A DNA stretch of 61,865 bases from a virus (Duplodnaviria; Caudoviricetes). The stretch covers positions 1 through 61,865 of IMG/VR virus record IMGVR_UViG_3300027747_000005. One strand, 5' to 3'. The notes beneath the pieces are model-generated. The model saw nothing but the letters and a program-made list of their open reading frames with translations, was not told the origin of the DNA and did not search any database. The stretch's first letter is position 1; each line of letters begins with the position of its first letter. The position numbers and the translations under genes were made by a program. Positions 54,464 through 61,865 of this stretch are shown here, one piece after another.

Positions 54464-57400
54464 AACTGTTGGGTAACCCCTAGAACCTGGAGGGGATCCA
54501 GTGCCGCCTTCTTCTTGTCCCGGGCACGCTTGGCGGCTTCGCTCTGGACGATCTTGTACAAGAGGTACATGTCCCGCTGCTGCTTGGGCATGGCCCGCAG
54601 GACTTCGTCTGGGACGGTGACGTTTTCGTAGGTTCGTACACCTGGAGTGGACTCCAGCATCTTGTTCAGCATTTGGCGAGCGGCAAGCTGTTTCGTCCTC
54701 TCGCTGTCAACGTCAGTGAGTTTGAAGCCAGCGAGCAGGTTGATTGCTGCCTTGGCGTAGCGGTCGGCTGGGTCTAGCCGCTCGTCCCGCAACTGTCGCA
54801 TGGTTCCCAGAGCGCGAGATCCGAACGGCACAAGATTGGTGATCGCATTCTCCAACGGTCGCCCAATTGGCCCGATGTCTTGCTCAAGCGTGGAGTAGAG
54901 GTCCGACAGCTGCCGTCCGCTATACAGCTGCCGGTTGGTTGTGGACTCAATAAGGTACTTAGCCAGCGGGTTCAGCTGGCCCGCAAAGTTCATCCCGGTC
55001 TTCTGGATGGAATCCATCACGCGGGAGGTTGGTGTCGCCCCAACTCCGGGGGTGAACATGTTGAACGTAGACTCAAACGGAAGGTCGATGTTGGTGATGT
55101 ACCGCGTCAGGCCGTCCTTGGGCTGGAGCGGGAAGTCGGCTGGCAGAGGGATGGCAGCGGACTGACGAAGATGCTCTGGAACAAAGTTTTCTTCGCTTGG
55201 CTCTGACCCTCTCGTCACGGTGCGGATCAGCTGACCCTGCAAGCCACCAGGCTGGTACAGCACGTTGGTGGCGATGGACGGCAGAATGCCTTTCTGGAAA
55301 CTATAGAAGGGCACCAGCCGCTTCATCACGTTTCGCTCAAAGGATGTGAAGGCAGACGGGCTATAGTCCACTTGGCTCATGCGGGTAAGGTCAGCAGCCT
55401 GCCCGGGATCGACGCCCTTGCGGACTTGGTTGAGGAACGTGCCTGTGCGGAGGGCATCTTCGACTGAGTTGCCTACAGCATCGTTGAGAACAAGCAGTGG
55501 GTTAGTGTTTCGGTTCAGCGGGTTGCGAGTGATGCCAACCCCACGCATTGAGAAGAAGTCGCTAGCCCGATTCAAAATCCCCCGGCGGTTCGCAGGGAGC
55601 ATGCGGTCCAGCAATCCCTCGCCTGTGTTTGCCCCCGTGTACATGCCCTTAATCGACTGCTCGGGGAGGTCGGACACATCGTCCACAAGGTTGCCGCTGC
55701 CGATGCGGTTCCCGCCGGTCATATCCAAGAACGTGTTAATGCGTTCCTGTGGACTCATGCCGACAAACCCGGGAGCGTTTTCCAGTTGGCTGGCGATTCC
55801 TGAGTAATCTCCCCAGCTGGCCCGCAGCCCAGCGAGCCAGTCCATTGGATTGAAAGCGCCGTGCGTGGCCGCATTGATCTGGCCACTGTAAGTGTTGCGC
55901 ACATTGAATGCGGGGCTGGCAAGCGCACCGCCCTTAAACGCAGCCGTGAACTGATCTAGTGCGCCAAGCAGCCCCTTCTCGGGGAGGCTGGCCCGGGAAG
56001 GCGTGGCGAGCGTCTTCAGGGAATCTAGCAAGCGCTCTGGTACAGAGAAGTTGGCAACGTCTTGGCCGGTGCGAGCCTGCCACATCTGCCGGAAGTTATC
56101 TGGGTCAAAGTTTAACTTGCGGGCGGCTTCCTCTAACGGCACCACTGCGCCACCGACTACGCTCCTAGCGGAGACGTTCTGAACGCCGTTCAACAACTGA
56201 TTGATGACTTGGTCTGTGTTGGCGCGGACGCGGTTCTGACCAAGCTCATAGGTCAGAGCGTTCTGCCACGCGGGGGTATCGAACGCCCCGGTGTTGTTGG
56301 CGGCGAACTGTGTGTCTAGGCTGCGAAGGAGTTCAGCAAGGTCGCCCTTGTTCTCCCTGATCGTCCGCACGGCGGGGCGCAGCAGTGCCATGCGCCCTGC
56401 GGGATCAGCAGCCAGATACTCTGGGCTGGCCATAATTCTTTCAGCCTCGCCGCTGTAGGGCCTCGCGCGTGTTCGTAAACGCGGCGGTCCCGGCGGAAGC
56501 TCCAAGCCTAGCTGAGTAAAAGCATCATCGATGAGATTGCGGGACTGGCGAGCATCGGCAGCGAGGAGGCTCTGCTGGAATCCTGCCGAGTCAAACGTCC
56601 CGCCGCCCGGGAGCGGACCATTGCCAGTAAGGGCGCGGAACGTCCTGCGTCCACCTTCGATGTCGGTGTAAGGCTGTCGGCTTCGGGCAAAGTTGTCCTC
56701 TGTCCCCAGCACAAGCTCGCCTTGCGTCCAAGGCTTCTCAGTGTATGGCGAAGCGTTGGGCCGAACCGGAGCCGCATCCTGTTCCCACCACTTCAGCTGG
56801 CGTGGGAACCAGTTAGTGCCGTGATCTCTGCTGCGCCAGTTAGGTCCAGCACGGCCTTGCGCTTCAGCGATCTGGCGGGCTCGGTCACCCAGGTTAGTGA
56901 AGTTGTCTCTAATGTCGCGGAACTCAGGCACATTTTCCATAACCCAGTCGGCTAACGGGTCGCCGCTGGTCTTCTGCATGGGGCCGAACTGACCGGGGGC
57001 AAGCAGATCGCCGGGAGATTCAACGAAGTCAGCAAGAGCGTTCTGGAAGCGGGTGCTTTGGTATTGCCGAAGATCATTTGGAATCGCTCCCATCGGAGAC
57101 ATGTCGGGAACGTCTGCTTGCAGTGCCCGTCTCTGCAAGCGTGTTCGATCCCGCAGCAGAGCTTCATCTAGCCGCTGGTTGTCTGCCCTGGCTATCCGGC
57201 TAGCCCACTGCAGATCGGGATCCAGCACCTCGCCAGATGGCTTGTGGAACAACGCTGCGGCACCGCTAACGATAGGTCCGGTGATAGGGTTGCGCTTCGC
57301 TCCTTCGCCAAGGGCATCCAAGCCCTCTGCTAACGTGTCGCCCAACTGACCGCCGCGGATATTGAATCCGAGATTGGTGCCAGGGACACGGAAGTCCATC

Positions 57401-58113
57401 AGACCAGCAATAGGTTCGTCCAAGGCGGCTGGGTCTGCTCCCCATCGACGCGCCTGCTGCTGAAACCTTTGCAACGCATCGGCAGGGTCAGCGGCTTCTG
57501 CGATTAGTTGGCGTGGTGTCTGGGTACGGTAGTATGAGCGCACTCCTTGCCCAGCCTCACGCGCCTGCCCGCCAAGGAATGCCTGTGCAGCGTCGGGAGT
57601 GAATCCACGGTAGGCATCAGTGGCGGCGTGGCGAAGCAGGCCAGTGTCTCGCACCGCCCGCCCCAAAGGATTCAACGCGCCCTTGCCAAGGATGGCGAGC
57701 GGATTGAGGTACGTGAGCGGGTCCGTAACGATCTCGGTAGCCAATCCACCAAAGAAGTTGAGCCACGTATCTTCGTCGCTTGCCAGACCGTATTTGCGAT
57801 TAAGGTCACGCCCACTAATTCGCTCGCTGCCCAGAGGATCGCCCGCAAGCATCCCGCGCACCCATGCACCAGGCGTGTCTAGGATGTGCCCAGCAATAGC
57901 TAAGCCTGACGTTCCAGTCTCCGCCAAGGACTGAAGCATGCCCTGCTTCTCCTCCTCGGGCATGAGGTCAGAGAGTTGCGGCTTGCGAGTGCCTAGCGAG
58001 GCGATGCCTAATGGATCAAGCTCAGCGCCGGTGCTTGGCAGCATTCCGTACTGCGCTTGCTGGGCAAGCTCGCCGTACGGGTCGTAGAGATCAAAGAGTG
58101 GGGAGCGAGGCAT
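54460..58113 (-). CDS. Large internal virion (DNA ejection) protein
   Basis: 1217 aa; F..RN...G, DYS....FE...MKR..PFY.FQ C-terminal motifs typical of large podovirus ejection proteins. Confidence 0.7.
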   Translation of the reverse strand: MPRSPLFDLYDPYGELAQQAQYGMLPSTGAELDPLGIASLGTRKPQLSDLMPEEEKQGMLQSLAETGTSGLAIAGHILDTPGAWVRGMLAGDPLGSERISGRDLNRKYGLASDEDTWLNFFGGLATEIVTDPLTYLNPLAILGKGALNPLGRAVRDTGLLRHAATDAYRGFTPDAAQAFLGGQAREAGQGVRSYYRTQTPRQLIAEAADPADALQRFQQQARRWGADPAALDEPIAGLMDFRVPGTNLGFNIRGGQLGDTLAEGLDALGEGAKRNPITGPIVSGAAALFHKPSGEVLDPDLQWASRIARADNQRLDEALLRDRTRLQRRALQADVPDMSPMGAIPNDLRQYQSTRFQNALADFVESPGDLLAPGQFGPMQKTSGDPLADWVMENVPEFRDIRDNFTNLGDRARQIAEAQGRAGPNWRSRDHGTNWFPRQLKWWEQDAAPVRPNASPYTEKPWTQGELVLGTEDNFARSRQPYTDIEGGRRTFRALTGNGPLPGGGTFDSAGFQQSLLAADARQSRNLIDDAFTQLGLELPPGPPRLRTRARPYSGEAERIMASPEYLAADPAGRMALLRPAVRTIRENKGDLAELLRSLDTQFAANNTGAFDTPAWQNALTYELGQNRVRANTDQVINQLLNGVQNVSARSVVGGAVVPLEEAARKLNFDPDNFRQMWQARTGQDVANFSVPERLLDSLKTLATPSRASLPEKGLLGALDQFTAAFKGGALASPAFNVRNTYSGQINAATHGAFNPMDWLAGLRASWGDYSGIASQLENAPGFVGMSPQERINTFLDMTGGNRIGSGNLVDDVSDLPEQSIKGMYTGANTGEGLLDRMLPANRRGILNRASDFFSMRGVGITRNPLNRNTNPLLVLNDAVGNSVEDALRTGTFLNQVRKGVDPGQAADLTRMSQVDYSPSAFTSFERNVMKRLVPFYSFQKGILPSIATNVLYQPGGLQGQLIRTVTRGSEPSEENFVPEHLRQSAAIPLPADFPLQPKDGLTRYITNIDLPFESTFNMFTPGVGATPTSRVMDSIQKTGMNFAGQLNPLAKYLIESTTNRQLYSGRQLSDLYSTLEQDIGPIGRPLENAITNLVPFGSRALGTMRQLRDERLDPADRYAKAAINLLAGFKLTDVDSERTKQLAARQMLNKMLESTPGVRTYENVTVPDEVLRAMPKQQRDMYLLYKIVQSEAAKRARDKKKAALDPLQVLGVTQQF

Positions 58114-58116
58114 TCG

Positions 58117-59655
58117 CTACAAGTCGCCGCGAGTCGGAATGGGAGGGGTTGGCGATCCGGCACCAGCACTCGCCCCAGCAGTGGGCGATGCAGGACTAGC
58201 AGGCCGAATGGGAAGGTGAGCGACAGCCGCATCACCCATGCCCGGGTGTTGCTTTTCAACAGCCTGACGCACAGCCTCCACATCGGCAGCGTCGTACTTG
58301 TTATCCCAGCCACGCGGGTACTTAGAAATCAATGCGTCTGCCCGCGCAATCGCCCTATCGCGCGCTGCCTGTTCGGCCATTGGGTTGTTGGCTCCCAGCA
58401 CCCCAGCAGCGCCAAGGTTAATTCCGTTCAGTAAGCGCATGGCGTTTTGCGCGCCCATTGCGTCGGCCGTCAGCGGAGTGGTGTTGTCCATGTCGGGCCG
58501 CAGCGCATTGGCCATCACTGCCCGCTGCCAGTCGTTGACGCTGGGGTCGTTCAACTGGTTGTAGGCGTTGGCCGCGTTCTTCGCAGGGTTACGCCCAGCC
58601 AGCATCATCTGCGAACGCCACTGGTCTTCACGTTTGCTAGCAGCAGCCTGCCGTGCGCCTTCGTTCGCCGCCCTCGCACCTACGCGATCCCTCTGGCCAC
58701 CGGCAGTAAGGTCGCCGTAGTCTCCTGGGTTCGCAGCCAGAAGCGCAGCCGGCGACACTCCTTGGATCTGGGCATCGCGGTACAGCTGCCGCTCTTTCAT
58801 ATACGCGGCCTGCTTGGCCTTGGCCTCATTGGACTGAACGTACACAGAATTGTTTTCGGCCAACGGCCCAGGCATGCTTTCTACGCGGAAGCGCCGGATC
58901 GGGTTGCCATTCGCATCCACCATAGGCGTGCCATCCGCCTTCATCATCTGAGCTTCCAAGTCTTCACGCCAACCGCCACGCCCGGGAGTGCCAGGCAAGC
59001 CATCGACCTCGCCGCCTGGGCCGAGACGATACGACACCGTGCCGTCTGGGTTCATAACGGGCACATATCCGCGGGCCATCATCGCTTCGTCGCGGCCGGA
59101 TGGCTTATACCACCCCGGCCCATTCTGCTCGCGCGTGTTGTAGGCGGCGGCTTCGCTCTCAGTCATAAGCTGCCGTGGCCGCGCCGCACGGGTGCCATCG
59201 GGCATGTTGACCCCAGGCTCCGTGTATGGGTTGTAGCCCATATCTCTCAGTTGCTGGGCAGTCAGCGGAACTTGGTCGGGAGCCATCTGTGGCGGTGCAA
59301 TATCTGGCTTGGCGGGGGCACCTGTCGCCGCGTTGTAGTTGTCCTCAAAGATGCCCATCCGGCGCTCGCTAGCACGCTGATTAGCAATGCCCTGCCGCAG
59401 GTTGGCCATCCCAGCGGGACTGTTGTCCTGTGCCCACATGCCTTCGGGCCTCGGCCCGCTGCGCGCAAGCTCTGCGTCCACAGCCTTGGCGGCTTCCGCG
59501 GCCGTATAGCCAGCCGCGACAAGGCGAGCAATCATTGCCTCGCGTGTTGCGTAGCCCTTAGACGAACCCTTCGCACCGAGAGGTGGGTCTGGGGTAATCG
59601 GAGTATCGGCGGCGAAGACGGGATCAACTCTACTGGGCCTAAGATCGACTGCCAT
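58117..59655 (-). CDS. Internal virion protein
   Basis: A/Q/M-rich; position in the ejection block. Confidence 0.55.
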   Translation of the reverse strand: MAVDLRPSRVDPVFAADTPITPDPPLGAKGSSKGYATREAMIARLVAAGYTAAEAAKAVDAELARSGPRPEGMWAQDNSPAGMANLRQGIANQRASERRMGIFEDNYNAATGAPAKPDIAPPQMAPDQVPLTAQQLRDMGYNPYTEPGVNMPDGTRAARPRQLMTESEAAAYNTREQNGPGWYKPSGRDEAMMARGYVPVMNPDGTVSYRLGPGGEVDGLPGTPGRGGWREDLEAQMMKADGTPMVDANGNPIRRFRVESMPGPLAENNSVYVQSNEAKAKQAAYMKERQLYRDAQIQGVSPAALLAANPGDYGDLTAGGQRDRVGARAANEGARQAAASKREDQWRSQMMLAGRNPAKNAANAYNQLNDPSVNDWQRAVMANALRPDMDNTTPLTADAMGAQNAMRLLNGINLGAAGVLGANNPMAEQAARDRAIARADALISKYPRGWDNKYDAADVEAVRQAVEKQHPGMGDAAVAHLPIRPASPASPTAGASAGAGSPTPPIPTRGDL

Positions 59656-59663
59656 CGTAACTC

Positions 59664-60782
59664 CTAGCGGGTCTGTGCTGCGTTGCGCTGTTGGTCGCCA
59701 AGAGACTGGAGCCTCCTGACTTCTGCCATGATCTGCTGGGCCTGCGGTACTTCGCCGCCTGCCTTCTGCCGCATCTGATTCAGCTGGGCGATGAGAGCCT
59801 GGGCTTGGATGTGCGGATCACTGGATCCCTGCGCCTGTTGCGGAGTCATGGCGTTACGGCTCTGGTTGCTCATCGCCATGAGCCGATTGATCTCCTGCAT
59901 CATCTGTGCCGCCTCGGGCACTTCGCCGCCTGCTGCCCGTCGCATCTGGTTTAGCTGAGCAATAAGAGCTTGGGCCTGGTCACGCGGGCTGACCTGGGTG
60001 GCTTCCACCTTGGGAGCAGGGCGACTCTCTTCAACGAGATCCGCGGTGCCATCGGTGCTGTCCAACTCGCCAATGGCCTCCGACTCCTTGGCTCGCATTC
60101 CCTTGGGCATCATGTTGTAAGCAGTAGCCCCGGCACCGATTAGGCCAGCACCTGCCGCAGCCTTGGCCCACGCGGGTATGCCACCAGTGCTTGGGGCGAG
60201 CGTTGGTGCAGCAGTCGGGGCACGCCCACCCATCACGTTGTCAAACTGGCTGGCAATCTCATCGACTGCCTGCCGGTCACGCACCGCAGTAGGTGCCGGG
60301 AGGCTACGCTGAGCCGGTGCCGGGAGGCCAGCCCTAGATGGCGACGGCAGGCCGCGGGCAGCGGGTCCGGTGATTCGGGGCACGCCACTGGGGTCACCGG
60401 ACAAAGTGCCAGCGGTCGTACCGATTCTTTTTTGCGATGGCCCGCCCAGACCAACAAGGTCAGTGGGGATCATTTCCCTCCCAGGAGACATGCCAAGGGC
60501 AGGGGTGGTGGTTGTGTTCGCGCCCATTTGAAACCCGCGGGCACCGTTGTCGTACGGGATCAATGAGCGGACGCTATCGCCAGCATCGTCGCCGCGGAGA
60601 GGAAGCTGCATCTGGCGGGCAGGAGCAGGTGCCGCCATGCCAGCGACGGCGCGGTGAATCTCGTCTGCGGACATTCCCGGCTTAATTAGGCCAGCGTCAG
60701 CGGCACGCTTCAGCCAGACAGAGTTCACGCCGCTTGCGCCGCTGGAAATCAGATCGTCCAACCATCGCACAGGATTAGCCAC
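59664..60782 (-). CDS. Internal virion protein with duplicated C-terminal helical hairpin
   Basis: QAQALIAQLNQMRxxAGGEVP...RL...QxRNA occurs twice; GTG start overlaps the upstream stop. Confidence 0.6.
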   Translation of the reverse strand: MANPVRWLDDLISSGASGVNSVWLKRAADAGLIKPGMSADEIHRAVAGMAAPAPARQMQLPLRGDDAGDSVRSLIPYDNGARGFQMGANTTTTPALGMSPGREMIPTDLVGLGGPSQKRIGTTAGTLSGDPSGVPRITGPAARGLPSPSRAGLPAPAQRSLPAPTAVRDRQAVDEIASQFDNVMGGRAPTAAPTLAPSTGGIPAWAKAAAGAGLIGAGATAYNMMPKGMRAKESEAIGELDSTDGTADLVEESRPAPKVEATQVSPRDQAQALIAQLNQMRRAAGGEVPEAAQMMQEINRLMAMSNQSRNAMTPQQAQGSSDPHIQAQALIAQLNQMRQKAGGEVPQAQQIMAEVRRLQSLGDQQRNAAQTR

Positions 60783-61071
60783 GCTTCTTCCCCTTGGGTA
60801 CATCCGGCAGTTCGTCGTCGCCCTTAAACGGCATATCGTCTTCGGTCACCATCGGCGTGTTGGGCTTGCCGTGCATCTCTTCGTCTAGGTCGGCAAGGTC
60901 GTTCTTCTGCTTGTGGGGCTTGCCCTCGGCCTTCTCTTCGGAGGCACTCTGCTTGCCCAGCTTGGCGACGATCTTCTTTTCGTCTTCGTCGCTGGCTGCG
61001 AGAAGCTGCTTCACAAGGCGCTTCAGTCCGGCCTGCGTCAGGTCGTCTAGGTCAAAGTCGATGCGAGCCAT
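60775..61071 (-). CDS. Small charged hypothetical protein
   Basis: GGAGG RBS; coupled. Confidence 0.6.
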   Translation of the reverse strand: MARIDFDLDDLTQAGLKRLVKQLLAASDEDEKKIVAKLGKQSASEEKAEGKPHKQKNDLADLDEEMHGKPNTPMVTEDDMPFKGDDELPDVPKGKKRG

Positions 61072-61448
61072 TAGTTAAGCAAGCCTCCAAGGATCGAAGT
61101 CGCAAAATTCATCGCAGAATTCTGTCTCTGCTGTGCGGCCATCTGGTTGTTGTATTGCTGCTGCTGGAGAAGACCTTGCAGTGCCTGCTGCTGAGTGTCG
61201 TCGGCCTGCTGGTTCTGCAAGGTGTAAGCGTTGTTGTAGTCCTGCGCCTGCTGCTTGGTGCTGTACGCTTGCGCAATACCATCGGCAATCTTCTGCGCGC
61301 CCTGCATGCCAGCGTTGCTCAGCTGACCAGCCCCGCGTGACATGCCTCCGCGATCCATCTGCTTCATCTGCAAACGAGGATCGCCCATCGCAATGGCGTT
61401 GGCGTAGTCATTGTTGAAGTTGGCGTTGATCTTTGGTTGTGAGATCAA
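61071..61448 (-). CDS. Gln-rich small internal virion protein
   Basis: Ends ILGGLLN; coupled. Confidence 0.6.
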   Translation of the reverse strand: MISQPKINANFNNDYANAIAMGDPRLQMKQMDRGGMSRGAGQLSNAGMQGAQKIADGIAQAYSTKQQAQDYNNAYTLQNQQADDTQQQALQGLLQQQQYNNQMAAQQRQNSAMNFATSILGGLLN

Positions 61449-61711
61449 GTGGATAGCCCCCGCAAAATGTTGCCAGCTGGACCGAAGACACCATCCAAGC
61501 GGGCCTGCATCAGATTGTTGCGCTGGCCTTGCGACTGAATGTCATTCTGCAATCCCTGCAAGGCATACTGCTGGGCGAACTGCTTGGCCTGCTTACCAAG
61601 CTCCGACTGCCGCTTCGCCACGGCCATGTCCTCCGCTGCCTGCGAACCCTGCAGGAGAGCGTTCAGAACGTCTTGGTGCCCGCCGGGGTATTGCGTGTAT
61701 GGCGACTGCAT
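61445..61711 (-). CDS. Gln-rich small internal virion protein
   Basis: TAATG coupling to the join-spanning gene. Confidence 0.6.
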   Translation of the reverse strand: MQSPYTQYPGGHQDVLNALLQGSQAAEDMAVAKRQSELGKQAKQFAQQYALQGLQNDIQSQGQRNNLMQARLDGVFGPAGNILRGLST

Positions 61712-61738
61712 TAGGCGTATCCGTTGAGGGCGCGAGAG

Positions 61739-61865
61739 TAGGCTGCGGGCGAGCCGAACTTGGCCAGGATGTCTTCACGCTGCTGCGCCGCCTGTTGCTT
61801 TTGGCGGTTCAATGCAGCATCCTGAAGTGCCCAATCATTCTGTTGAATCTGGGCTTGGTTGCGGA
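61739..61865. repeat. Terminal direct repeat, copy 2
   Basis: Identical to 1-127. Confidence 0.95.

Overview
The window is an apparently complete, circularly assembled tailed-phage genome of about 61,738 bp: bases 1-127 repeat exactly at 61739-61865, and one 408-aa gene runs across the join. The layout is podovirus-like, with no tape-measure, sheath or tube gene seen. A long minus-strand late region (30.7 kb down through the join to 54.5 kb) holds small virion proteins, scaffold, major capsid, decoration protein, a glycosyltransferase, terminase, portal, a modular array of small fibre genes, tail adaptor, a split nozzle, a repeat needle or fibre, a Cys-rich lectin-like protein and ejection proteins. 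A plus-strand early region (32.3-40.0 kb) carries a Cys-motif Gp88-like protein, a class II glutamine amidotransferase, a COOH-NH2 amidoligase, many small ORFs and a serine recombinase. A minus-strand middle region (53.3-39.8 kb) carries a RecE-like exonuclease, ERF, SSB, a split SF2 helicase, nucleases, then a membrane-protein cassette with a subtilisin and a papain-like protease, and a sigma-70-family factor. A lone tyrosine recombinase sits beside a degenerate tRNA-Arg-like element. Several proteins suggest a Planctomycetota host (inference only). The strongest candidates for something undescribed are: a lysis-type cassette with two proteases and no recognisable endolysin; a helicase split by a 17-nt ATG-hairpin-ATG element (coupling or ribosomal bypass); a recurrent late-promoter motif with a phage sigma factor; repeated anchor-adaptor-tip fibre triads; and a protein with matched 4+4 out-and-back repeats. 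All family calls come from motif recognition by eye; no searches were run.
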